A stretch of 64,000 nt of DNA from the NCBI GenBank assembly GCA_963422205.2, contig CAXMWX010000007.1, positions 64,001 to 128,000 of the forward strand, written 5' to 3'. The notes under the pieces were generated by a model. That model did no database searches, was not told the DNA's origin, and was given only the letters and a program-made list of their open reading frames with translations. The position numbers and the translations under genes are program-made. Position 1 is the stretch's first letter; each line of letters starts with the position of its first letter. Source of the DNA: Gammaproteobacteria bacterium (lineage in GTDB: Bacteria; Pseudomonadota; Gammaproteobacteria; Eutrophobiales; Eutrophobiaceae). This document shows positions 50,573 to 59,648 of this stretch, one piece after another.

Positions 50573-52060
50573 ATGCAAATGCCCGCCCCTGACAAGGCCA
50601 TACTCGCCCGCCTGCCGGAACTTGAGGCCGGTCTGGCGGCCTTTCTGCGACCGGATCAACGGGTGGTGGATCGGGCTGCCCTGCGTGCCTACGAAACGGA
50701 CGCCCTGACCGCCTATCGCCAGCGCCCCATGCTGGTCGTCCTGCCCGAATCCACGGCGGAAGTCGCCCGCATCCTGAAGCTGTGCTCGGCGCTGGATGTC
50801 AAGGTCGTGCCGCGGGGGGCGGGTACGTCACTGTCCGGCGGTGCCTTGCCGCTGGCCGATGGCATCGTCCTCAGTATGGGCAAGTTTAACCGGATTCTGG
50901 CGATTGATTATGCCAACCAGTGTGTGGTGGCACAGTCCGGGGTGAGCAATCTGGCCATCTCGGAGGCCGTCGCCGAGCAGAATTTTTACTATGCACCGGA
51001 CCCATCCAGCCAGATCGTCTGCACTATCGGCGGCAATGTGAGCGAAAATTCCGGCGGTGTGCATTGCCTTAAATACGGCTTGACCACCAATAACCTGCTG
51101 GGCCTTGAGTTGGTGACGATGGATGGGGCGGTGCTGCGGGTGGGCGGCAAGCATCTGGATCAGGAAGGCTATGATCTGCTGGGGATCATCACCGGCTCTG
51201 AAGGGCTGCTGGGCGTGATCACCGAGGTCACGGTGAGAATTTTGCAAAAACCGCAGTCGGTCAAGGCCATGCTGCTGGGTTTTGCTGATCATGCCAGCGC
51301 TGGCCGCTGTGTCGCCGGGATCATCCAGGCGGGGATCATTCCGGCCGGGATTGAGATGATGGATGAGCTGGCTATCAAGGCATCGGAGAACTACTGCCAG
51401 GCCGGTTATCCGTTGCACTGCCCGGCCCTGGTGATCACCGAGCTGGACGGGCCGCATCAGGAAGTGCTGGAATTGATCGCGCAGGTAGAGGCGATTGCAA
51501 AGGCGCATGGCGCACAGTATATCCGCAGCAGCGACACCGAAGCGGAGCGCCTGACCATCTGGGCCGGGCGCAAGGCGGCCTTCCCCGCACTGGGCGATAT
51601 CTCGCCTGATTACTATTGCATGGATGGCACCATCCCGCGCCGCCAGTTATCCCATGTGCTGACGCAAATTCAGACGCTCTCGACACAGTACGGGCTGCGT
51701 GTTGCCAATGTGTTTCATGCCGGCGATGGCAACTTGCACCCGTTGATCCTGTTTGATGCGAACGATCCCGAACAGTTGCAGAAGGCGGAAGCCTTTGGGA
51801 CGGAGATACTGAAGCTGTGTGTTGCCGTTGGTGGCGTGTTGAGCGGTGAACATGGGATTGGGGTGGAAAAACGTGATTTGATGCCACAGATGTTCACGGC
51901 GACTGATCTTGACCAGCAACAACGGGTGAAGTGTGCCTTTGATCCGGCCGGCCGCCTGAACCCGGGCAAGGTCTTCCCGACCCTGCACCGCTGTGCGGAG
52001 CTGGGCAGGCTGCATGTACACAGGGGCAAGCTGCCATTTCCTGATCTGCCCAGGTTTTGA
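50573..52060 (+). CDS. glcD: Glycolate oxidase subunit D
   Basis: VPRGAGTSLSGGA, YYAPDPSSQ, GGVHCLKYG, NVFHAGDGNLHP, GEHGIG. Confidence 0.93.
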   Translation: MQMPAPDKAILARLPELEAGLAAFLRPDQRVVDRAALRAYETDALTAYRQRPMLVVLPESTAEVARILKLCSALDVKVVPRGAGTSLSGGALPLADGIVLSMGKFNRILAIDYANQCVVAQSGVSNLAISEAVAEQNFYYAPDPSSQIVCTIGGNVSENSGGVHCLKYGLTTNNLLGLELVTMDGAVLRVGGKHLDQEGYDLLGIITGSEGLLGVITEVTVRILQKPQSVKAMLLGFADHASAGRCVAGIIQAGIIPAGIEMMDELAIKASENYCQAGYPLHCPALVITELDGPHQEVLELIAQVEAIAKAHGAQYIRSSDTEAERLTIWAGRKAAFPALGDISPDYYCMDGTIPRRQLSHVLTQIQTLSTQYGLRVANVFHAGDGNLHPLILFDANDPEQLQKAEAFGTEILKLCVAVGGVLSGEHGIGVEKRDLMPQMFTATDLDQQQRVKCAFDPAGRLNPGKVFPTLHRCAELGRLHVHRGKLPFPDLPRF

Positions 52061-53265
52061 GCATGTCGCTTCTCAGCATAGAAAGCGAAGCACAGGCACA
52101 GGAGGTGGTGCGCTGGGCGGCAAGCGAGGATGCCTCGATCAGCATTCAGGGATACAACAGCAAGGCGGGTTTTGGTCATGCGATGAGGGCCCGGCATCAG
52201 ATCACCACCCGGGCCCTGGCCGGTGTTCTCAGCTATCAACCTGAAGAACTGGTAATGACTGTGCTGCCAGGCACCCGCTTGTCGACAGTCGAAGCGGCGC
52301 TGGCTGACAATCAGCAATACCTGCCGTTTGAACCGCCACGGCTGGGCCGGCTGTATGCCGCCGGTAGCGATGCCAGCATGGCCGGGGTATTCATGGCCAA
52401 TCTGGCCGGCCCGGCGCGATTCAAGGCGGGGGCAGCACGTGATTATCTGCTTGGCATACGTGCGGTCAATGGTCGGGGCGAGCCATACCAGTCGGGCGGC
52501 AAGGTGATCAAAAACGTCAGCGGCTATGACATGAGCAAGCTGCTGACAGGCTCCTGGGGCACCTTGTCCATCGTCACAGAATTGACCTTCAAGGTGCTGC
52601 CCGCCCCGCCCTGCTGCAAGACCCTGGTGATAAAAGATCAGAGCAGCCGCACCGCCCAGCAGCTATTTCAACTGATCCTTGGCTCGCCTTATGAGGCCTC
52701 TGGCCTAGCGTATGTACCATCCAGCCGTGCCGGGCTTGATGGGCGCTGTGTCTATGTGCGCTTGCAGGGGAGCGCCCTGTCCACGCAAAGCCGGGCTGCG
52801 GCCATCGCCAAAGCCATCCCGCCCCATCATGCGTATGCCATCGTATCCGATGAGGCGGGGATAGCCATCTGGCAGGCGGTAAGAGACATCACCCCGTTCA
52901 CTGAGGCCAGGCACTATCCGGTGGTGCTGAAGCTGTCCATCCCGCCAGCCAGTATGGTGGAGGTGGCAGATGTCATTGAGCAACTGGGCGGCTGTTCCTG
53001 GTTTGCCGATGCCGCTGGTGCCTGGCTTTGGGTGGGGGTGTGTGCGGCGCTGGCGGAAGAGAAGATCGCTGCCATCCGCCGGGCAGTCAGCCAGCATCAC
53101 GGCAGCGCCATCCTGTATCGGGCAGCGGAGGAAGTAAAACGCAAGGCCGGCCTGTACGCCATGACAGACCCGGCGCTACACGCCATCAACAGGCGATTAA
53201 AACAGGCGTTTGATCCTCAAGGGCTGTTCAATCCTGGCCGGCTGGGGACTGATGATGCAAACTGA
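52057..53265 (+). CDS. glcE: Glycolate oxidase FAD-binding subunit E
   Basis: YQPEELV, LPFEPP, GAARDY, GGKVIKNVSGYDMSKL, FDPQGLFNPGR. Confidence 0.92.
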   Translation: MSMSLLSIESEAQAQEVVRWAASEDASISIQGYNSKAGFGHAMRARHQITTRALAGVLSYQPEELVMTVLPGTRLSTVEAALADNQQYLPFEPPRLGRLYAAGSDASMAGVFMANLAGPARFKAGAARDYLLGIRAVNGRGEPYQSGGKVIKNVSGYDMSKLLTGSWGTLSIVTELTFKVLPAPPCCKTLVIKDQSSRTAQQLFQLILGSPYEASGLAYVPSSRAGLDGRCVYVRLQGSALSTQSRAAAIAKAIPPHHAYAIVSDEAGIAIWQAVRDITPFTEARHYPVVLKLSIPPASMVEVADVIEQLGGCSWFADAAGAWLWVGVCAALAEEKIAAIRRAVSQHHGSAILYRAAEEVKRKAGLYAMTDPALHAINRRLKQAFDPQGLFNPGRLGTDDAN

Positions 53266-54529
53266 TTTTACCGAAACACAGTTGCTTGACCCGACCATGG
53301 CACAGGCCAACAGCATCTTGCGAAAGTGTGTGCATTGTGGTTTTTGTAACAGCACCTGCCCCACGTTTACCCTGCTGGGCGATGAGCTGGACAGCCCCAG
53401 AGGCCGCATATATTTGATCAAAGACCTGCTGGAGAACGAACACCAACCCACCGATCGTATCGTGCAGCATCTGGATCGCTGCTTATCCTGCCTCTCCTGC
53501 ATGAGCACCTGCCCATCGGGGGTGGACTATGGGCATCTTATGGATACCGGCCGGGCCTATGTGGAGGCGCACTACCGGCGTCGGCCGGCTGATCGGCTGA
53601 TGCGTGCGCTGCTGGCGTATGTCTTGCCCCGGCCATTAATGCTGAGGGCAGCCGTGTTGTTCGCTCCTCTGCTCTATCTGTGCAGGCCACTGTTGCCACC
53701 ACGATTACGGCAGGCCGAGCGCCTGCTGAGAGACAGGCGCCACGGCCAGGGGCATGTCTTTCGGCGGCCTGTCTTCAAGGTGCAGGCGGCGAGAAGCAAA
53801 GAGACGGTCGGCCTGCTGACTGGCTGTGTGCAATCCGTCCTGGGGCAGGATATCAATCAGGCGAGCATGGACATATTACAACGGCATGGCATCACAGTGC
53901 ATGAGTTCACCGGTTGTTGTGCGGCCATTGAACAGCATCTGGGAAAGACGGCCGCTGCACGCAGGAGGATTGTGCGAAACCTGGCTCGCTGGCAGCAGGC
54001 AGGGATCTCGACACTGCTTGCCAATGCCTCGGGTTGCGGTACTCAACTGAAGGACTACGACCATATCATGCAGCATGATCAACAACACCGTATCAGCGCC
54101 GGGCAGCTTGCCGCCAGGACAAAAGATATTTCAGAATACCTGGCATCACGGCAGCTTAACTTCGGCCATGCCACCGAGAAGCTCCGGGTCGGCTATCACA
54201 ACCCCTGCTCCTTACAGCATGGACAGCGTGTCCGGGAAGAGCCGATTGCCCTGTTAAAACAAGCCGGCTTTACGGTCAGTGTGATTGCCGAACCCCACCT
54301 GTGCTGTGGCTCGGCTGGCACGTACAATATACTGCAACCGGCGTTGTCCCGGCAGCTTGCCGAGCGTAAAGCCAGGCTGATTGATGCGCTGGCGATTGAT
54401 GTGGTGGCAACCGCCAACCTTGGCTGTATGTTGCAATTACAATCCTGTGTTGATGTGCCAGTCGTGCATGTCATCAGCCTGCTGAACTGGGCAACAGGCG
54501 GCAGCCGACCGGCACAGTTAGGGGCATGA
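53255..54529 (+). CDS. glcF: Glycolate oxidase iron-sulfur subunit F
   Basis: CVHCGFCNSTCPT, DSPRGRIYL, CLSCLSCMSTCP, CCGSAGTYN. Confidence 0.94.
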   Translation: MQTDFTETQLLDPTMAQANSILRKCVHCGFCNSTCPTFTLLGDELDSPRGRIYLIKDLLENEHQPTDRIVQHLDRCLSCLSCMSTCPSGVDYGHLMDTGRAYVEAHYRRRPADRLMRALLAYVLPRPLMLRAAVLFAPLLYLCRPLLPPRLRQAERLLRDRRHGQGHVFRRPVFKVQAARSKETVGLLTGCVQSVLGQDINQASMDILQRHGITVHEFTGCCAAIEQHLGKTAAARRRIVRNLARWQQAGISTLLANASGCGTQLKDYDHIMQHDQQHRISAGQLAARTKDISEYLASRQLNFGHATEKLRVGYHNPCSLQHGQRVREEPIALLKQAGFTVSVIAEPHLCCGSAGTYNILQPALSRQLAERKARLIDALAIDVVATANLGCMLQLQSCVDVPVVHVISLLNWATGGSRPAQLGA

Positions 54530-54671
54530 GCGTGAATTGAGTCGGTGTGGGTACAGAACAGGGGACACCTGAGCGCCGGGAAGAGCAGTTAAAAACGATG
54601 CTTGGCTGTCACCTGAGAGCGGCAGGATTTCGCTTTGATTATCGTCAGTGATGGCCTTGCTGTTTTGGTAT

Positions 54672-55091
54672 TGGTGCCCGGGGCCGGACTCGAACCGGCA
54701 CGGCCGCAAGGCCGAGGGATTTTCGTACTCACTGCTGTTTTCACAGCTGCGCCCACCATCCTGTCACCTGGCGCATTTGTAGTCTGGACTTTCTCTTTGC
54801 CATATCACAGCCTTGCGGGCAATGCTGTAACGCAGGCAGGAGCCGTCAAGTCTCTACACTTTCATTGGCGCTCACCTGACATGGCTAAAAGTAAAACAGA
54901 TGGCTGCTGTGCAGCAATGTCATCATCCGCCATGTATACAATCAGGATCGTGCCAAGGCTTAGCTCGGGATTGCCACCCGCCTGATGCGCTGAGGTTTCC
55001 CCGAATTTGACTCCATTCACATCAGTTGTTTCCAACCTGTGTGCTCAATGTTGTTTAAGTCCCTTGTGTCTACCAATTCCACCACCCGGGC
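54672..55091 (-). tRNA. tRNA-Leu(TAA), split by an intron (exons 55091-55057 and 54723-54672)
   Basis: Exon 1 GCCCGGGTGGTGGAATTGGTAGACACAAGGGACTT plus exon 2 AAAATCCCTCGG...GGGCACCA give an 87-nt tRNA with loop CTTAAAA. Confidence 0.92.
54724..55056 (-). ncRNA. Group I self-splicing intron (IC3-like), 333 nt
   Basis: Follows a U, ends in G; P AAATTCGGGGAAAC, Q AATCCCGAGC, R GTAGAGACTTGACGG, S AAGAGAAAGTCCA. Confidence 0.9.
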
Positions 55092-55116
55092 TACTAGGGA
55101 AGTGAAGCTAAAAATC

Positions 55117-55190
55117 TGGAGGCTGAGCCCGGAATCGAACCGAGGTACACGGCTTTGCAGGCCGCTGCATAACCACTCTGCCACCCAGCC
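55117..55190 (-). tRNA. tRNA-Cys(GCA)
   Basis: GGCTGGGTGGCAGAGTGGTTATGCAGCGGCCTGCAAAGCCG...CAGCCTCCA, 74 nt. Confidence 0.95.
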
Positions 55191-55216
55191 ACTGTGCAAT
55201 GAGGAGATAGAGATGT

Positions 55217-55292
55217 TGGAGCGGGAAACGAGACTTGAACTCGCGACCCCAACCTTGGCAAGGTTGTGCTCTACCAACTGAGCTATTCCCGC
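55217..55292 (-). tRNA. tRNA-Gly(GCC)
   Basis: GCGGGAATAGCTCAGTTGGTAGAGCACAACCTTGCCAAGGTTG...CCCGCTCCA, 76 nt. Confidence 0.96.
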
Positions 55293-55417
55293 AAAACGTC
55301 TCTCTATCCTCATCAATGCAGATCATCCTGCTCTGTGGCTGCACATCTTTGGGAACATCCCCATTGTAACCCGCCACCCGTCTGTGTCAATCACCAGCAC
55401 AAGCAATACGCAAGGCA

Positions 55418-55981
55418 TCACTGTTTTGCCGCAGTCTCTTTTAATTCCGGCCAGGCGAGCAGCAGGTACTGGTACATTGACATGAGTGTCAGCACCGCAG
55501 CGATATACAATAACACCAGGCCGATGTGATAGATGGGTATAACGCCAACCGGGTCACGGTAGATCAACAGCACCAGGGCCAGCATCTGGGCCATGGTCTT
55601 CACCTTGCCATAGACCGACACGGCCACCTTGCTGCGCGCACCCAATGCTGCCATCCACTCACGCAGGGCCGAGACCGTGATTTCCCGACCGATGATCACC
55701 GCCGCCGGCAGCGATAAAAACATGCTCGGATTATCTTCCACCAATAACACCAGCACCACCGCCACCATCAGCTTGTCAGCAACGGGGTCAAGAAAAGCCC
55801 CCAGCCTGGAGGCTTGATTTAGCCGCCGGGCGAGGTAGCCATCCAGCGCATCGGTCAGTGCCGCCAGGGTGAAAATCGCACAGGCGAGCTGATAATTCCA
55901 GCCAAATGGCAGAGAGAACACCAGTACGAAGACCGGTATCATCGCCATACGCAATAACGTCAAGGCATTGGGTATATTCAT
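55418..55981 (-). CDS. pgsA: CDP-diacylglycerol--glycerol-3-phosphate 3-phosphatidyltransferase
   Basis: MNIPNALTLLR, TDALDGYLARR, GAFLDPVADK, REITVSALREWMA. Confidence 0.96.
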   Translation of the reverse strand: MNIPNALTLLRMAMIPVFVLVFSLPFGWNYQLACAIFTLAALTDALDGYLARRLNQASRLGAFLDPVADKLMVAVVLVLLVEDNPSMFLSLPAAVIIGREITVSALREWMAALGARSKVAVSVYGKVKTMAQMLALVLLIYRDPVGVIPIYHIGLVLLYIAAVLTLMSMYQYLLLAWPELKETAAKQ

Positions 55982-55985
55982 AAGA

Positions 55986-57809
55986 TCAATGGTGAAAAGT
56001 ATCGTAGATTTTTCTCGCCAGGTTTTTATTAATTCCAGGCACTTTGGCAAGCTCCTCCACACCGGCGCGCTGTATGCCCTGTAGCCCGCCAAAAAAACGC
56101 AACAAACTCTGCCGCCGCTTGCTCCCTACCCCGGCGATATCCTCCAGCATCGAGCGTTGGCGTTTTTTGCTGCGCTGCTGGCGGTGGCCGGCGATGGCAA
56201 ACCGATGCGCCTCATCCCGAATCGCCTGTATCAAATGCAGAACAGGCGAATCAGCCGGCAGGGGCAGTTCGGTTTTGCCATCCGAGCAAATCAGGATCTC
56301 CAGCCCGGGCCGTCGGGACTCGCCCTTGGCAACGCCGAGAATGGTCATGTCGGCCAACTGCATCTCCGCCATCACCTGCCTGACGGCGCTGATCTGGCCT
56401 TTACCGCCATCAATCAACACCAACTCCGGCAGGGTCTTATCTTCCCGTTGCAGGCGGGCATAGCGGCGCATAAAGGCCTGGGCAATGGCCGCATAATCAT
56501 CACCGCCCGTTATGCCCTGGATATTAAAACGCCGGTAGGCCGCCTTGACCGCCCCGCTTTGATCAAACACGACACAGGAAGCCACGGTGGACTCGCCCCG
56601 GGTGTGGCTGATGTCAAAGCACTCGATCCGTTCAATGGCATCATCGAGATGCAGCACCTGCCGTAACGACTCCATCTGGGCGGCATATTTCTCTTTTGAG
56701 GATAAGCGTGCCTGCAAGGCCAGACGGGCGTTCTCCAGTGCCATCGCCAGCCATTTGCGCCTGGCCCCCCGTTGCACATGGCGAATCTCTACCTTGCGCT
56801 GCTGTTTTTCACTCAATAAATTCGCCAGCAAGACGGCATCCTCGCTGTGATGGCTGAGCAGGATCTCCGGCGGGATCACGAGGTGCGGGTTATCGGTCAG
56901 ATAATACTGCGTGATGAAGGCATTGATGACGTCCTCTTCGGATGCTTCTTTGGTGTGCCTGGGAAAAAACACCTTGTTGCCGAGATTCTGTCCGCCGCGG
57001 ACATAAAACACCTGCACACAGGCCAGGTTCGCCTGCCGCTGACAGGCAATAATATCCAGCTCACCGTGGCTGGCGGTGATGTATTGTTTTTCCTGTATCT
57101 TTCGCAGGCTGAGAATCTGGTCACGATAGATGGCCGCTCTTTCGTACTCCCTGCGATCAGCGGCTGTCTGCATGGGATGGGTTAAGGCATCAATCACTGC
57201 CTCATTACGACCTTGCAAAAATAACACGGTATGTTCCACATCCCGGGCATACTCGGTACTGGAGATGGCATCCACGCACGGTGCTGTACAGCGTTTAATC
57301 TGGTATTGCAGGCAGGGCCGGGTGCGATTCTTAAAGAAGCTATCATCACATTGACGCAGCCGAAACAGCTTCTGTGCCAGATTCAGTGTGCGCCGGGCGG
57401 ACCTGGCGCTGGGAAACGGGCCGAAATAACGCCCCTTCCCCGACTTGGCACCACGATAAAAACTCAAGCGGGGAAACATCTCCGGCAAGGACAAATACAG
57501 ATAGGGATAACTCTTGTCATCACGCAGAACGACATTATAGCGTGGCCGCAATTCCTTGATCAGATTGCTCTCCAGCAACAGCGCCTCGGCCTCGGTGTGG
57601 GTGACCGTGACGGTGATATCACGAATTTGTTTGACCAGCGCAGAGGTCTTCGGGCTGAGGCGGCGGCTGGAGAAATAACTGCGGATACGTTTACGCAGGT
57701 TCTTCGCCTTGCCAACGTAGATCACGGTGGCCTCATCATCCAGCATCCGGTAAACCCCAGGACGTGGCGATACGCCCGCTAACCAGCTTGTGTGATCGAA
57801 ACGCATCAT
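55986..57809 (-). CDS. uvrC: Excinuclease ABC subunit C
   Basis: PGVY..IYVGKAKNL, RDDKSYPY, IECFDISH, IDGGKGQ, RDEAHRFA, C-terminal HhH. Confidence 0.97.
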   Translation of the reverse strand: MMRFDHTSWLAGVSPRPGVYRMLDDEATVIYVGKAKNLRKRIRSYFSSRRLSPKTSALVKQIRDITVTVTHTEAEALLLESNLIKELRPRYNVVLRDDKSYPYLYLSLPEMFPRLSFYRGAKSGKGRYFGPFPSARSARRTLNLAQKLFRLRQCDDSFFKNRTRPCLQYQIKRCTAPCVDAISSTEYARDVEHTVLFLQGRNEAVIDALTHPMQTAADRREYERAAIYRDQILSLRKIQEKQYITASHGELDIIACQRQANLACVQVFYVRGGQNLGNKVFFPRHTKEASEEDVINAFITQYYLTDNPHLVIPPEILLSHHSEDAVLLANLLSEKQQRKVEIRHVQRGARRKWLAMALENARLALQARLSSKEKYAAQMESLRQVLHLDDAIERIECFDISHTRGESTVASCVVFDQSGAVKAAYRRFNIQGITGGDDYAAIAQAFMRRYARLQREDKTLPELVLIDGGKGQISAVRQVMAEMQLADMTILGVAKGESRRPGLEILICSDGKTELPLPADSPVLHLIQAIRDEAHRFAIAGHRQQRSKKRQRSMLEDIAGVGSKRRQSLLRFFGGLQGIQRAGVEELAKVPGINKNLARKIYDTFHH

Positions 57810-58453
57810 GCAGTGCAGTCTACCAATTTTCGTATGCGTTTGAACACATCACGAAACATCGCCGCCGTCAGCCGACCAGTGTTGATATTGTAGCGGCTGC
57901 AATGATAAGAATCGATCAAGGTATACCGTGCATCCAGTGCATGTATGGCCGCATGGGCAAAGCCGTGGGCGGTTTTCCTGATACCTAAGCTGGTCAGCAC
58001 GGCATCATGGGCAATCCGGCCCAGGGCCAGCATGATCAGAGGCCGGGGGAGCTGGCCGATCTCATTAGCAAGATAGCGGTTGCAGTTACGTATTTCAGCC
58101 CCCGTTGGCTTGTTTTTTGGCGGCAGACACTTCACCGCATTGGTGATCCGGCAGCCCGTCAGCTCCAATCCGTCATGGCGATGCCCTGACCGGGGTTGGC
58201 TGCTAAAGCCGAAATCATACAGGGTTTGATACAGCAGCACACCGGCGGCATCCCCGGTGAACGGCCTGCCGCTGGCATTCGCTCCATGCAGACCTGGCGC
58301 CAGCCCGACAATCAGCAGCCGTGCCTGCTGATCGCCGAAGGCAGCCACCGGGGCGGCATGATAATCCGGGTAGTCTGTTTTCACCTGCACCCGTAATGCC
58401 ACCAGGCGCTCACACCGCCGGCAATCTGCCTCATGGACAGCGGTTGCTTTCAC
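57806..58453 (-). CDS. Uracil-DNA glycosylase family 5 (UdgB-like, Fe-S)
   Basis: CRRCERL, GLAPGLHGANASGRPFTGD, NAVKCLPP.NKP, SYHCSRYN. Confidence 0.9.
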   Translation of the reverse strand: MKATAVHEADCRRCERLVALRVQVKTDYPDYHAAPVAAFGDQQARLLIVGLAPGLHGANASGRPFTGDAAGVLLYQTLYDFGFSSQPRSGHRHDGLELTGCRITNAVKCLPPKNKPTGAEIRNCNRYLANEIGQLPRPLIMLALGRIAHDAVLTSLGIRKTAHGFAHAAIHALDARYTLIDSYHCSRYNINTGRLTAAMFRDVFKRIRKLVDCTA

Positions 58454-58519
58454 CGGCTAAAAACATCAACAAGCGGCATGAGCATGATCCAAAGGTGACC
58501 GGTTCATTCGGCAAGCCAG

Positions 58520-59647
58520 TTACTGGCAGTGAAACCCGCTGTGCTGGCACCAGAAGGCGAGCGCAGCGGGGATGCTGACATGGTTATTTACATGCCGTTG
58601 TTGTGAGGAGGCAGCATAAGCATAACGGCGCAGGCGATTTAACGCACCGATCGGCCGATGTGCTGGCAAGGTATGCCAGGGGGCGAAGGTGATACGTTCA
58701 CAAAAATCAATTTGCTCGGCCGCCATGAAGGATTGTGACGGAATGCTGATCCTTGCCACCGGAATGAAGGCCGAATCCGTCTCTGCCCAGGGCTCGGTTG
58801 GATCATTGATGCTCATGCCGAGCGCTGGCTTTTGCCGTTGTATGGCGAACTGAAAACAGGCCGCTTGTTCTGCCAGCTCGGCGGCCAATTGTTTTTGCAA
58901 AAAGTCAGGATCGGTATGCTCATCAACGGCAGGTGCTTCGGCGTGACGCTCAGCACAGGGCTTGGCTGCATATTTCACGTTATGCGGGCCGAGTTTATAC
59001 GGCGTGATACTGAAGTAGTCAGGGTCCAGCAGGCTGGCGGGCGGGGCACTCAGCGTGATCCGGGCGGTAAACAACTCTTTCAGTTTCCAACTGACGGGGT
59101 TTAGCGTGGGAAAGAAAAAGCCGACAAAATCCTCCGGCCGGGCGACCAGTTGATTGTAATCATGCACATTACGCACAAAGAATACCGGGCTGTTGGTCAG
59201 CAGAAAATCCTGGCTGGTCGTGTCCACATCATCTGCCTCCAGTGGCTCGCCCGCCACCTGCATCAGTTTAATGGCCATCCCTCGGGCATCATGGCGGTAA
59301 TCCTGGCTGGTCTTGAGATTAAAATGGCCATTGGAAAACCGAATCCAGCTACGATAGCGCCTCCCCGGCTGGGCGAACACGCCGTATTGCAAGTCGGCCG
59401 CAAGATCCTCGTGTACCACAAAATATGCCCGCAAGCAGGCATGGCTTTTGGCATGGGCGCCACGGGCGGTGTAGGTGGTCCGGTAGGTATCCACCAGCTT
59501 TCGAAAATTCACCTGTGTCGCCCTGTCCTGCTCGGCCTCATCGGCGCGTAAGGCCTCCTGGCTGAGATCCTGCTGCTCATCGGTACAGGCCACAAGCAAC
59601 CAAGACAACAGGGCGAGGATTGCCGGGGTGCCGGTCAAGGCCCGCAT
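58520..59647 (-). CDS. Catalase-related heme lipoprotein (small, AOS-domain-like)
   Basis: Lipobox LLVAC; distal RGAHAKSH, RFSNG, DARGMAIKL, DFLLTNSPVFF; proximal NRLRRYAY. Confidence 0.85.
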   Translation of the reverse strand: MRALTGTPAILALLSWLLVACTDEQQDLSQEALRADEAEQDRATQVNFRKLVDTYRTTYTARGAHAKSHACLRAYFVVHEDLAADLQYGVFAQPGRRYRSWIRFSNGHFNLKTSQDYRHDARGMAIKLMQVAGEPLEADDVDTTSQDFLLTNSPVFFVRNVHDYNQLVARPEDFVGFFFPTLNPVSWKLKELFTARITLSAPPASLLDPDYFSITPYKLGPHNVKYAAKPCAERHAEAPAVDEHTDPDFLQKQLAAELAEQAACFQFAIQRQKPALGMSINDPTEPWAETDSAFIPVARISIPSQSFMAAEQIDFCERITFAPWHTLPAHRPIGALNRLRRYAYAASSQQRHVNNHVSIPAALAFWCQHSGFHCQ

Positions 59648-59648
59648 G

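Noticed and set aside
54530-54671. Integrative element at the tRNA-Leu 3' end
   Set aside because: No integrase and no duplicated tRNA 3' end seen; glcF follows within about 140 bp
54635-55377. ORFs across the tRNA cluster, including a possible intron-encoded protein
   Set aside because: They overlap structural RNAs and show no homing endonuclease motifs
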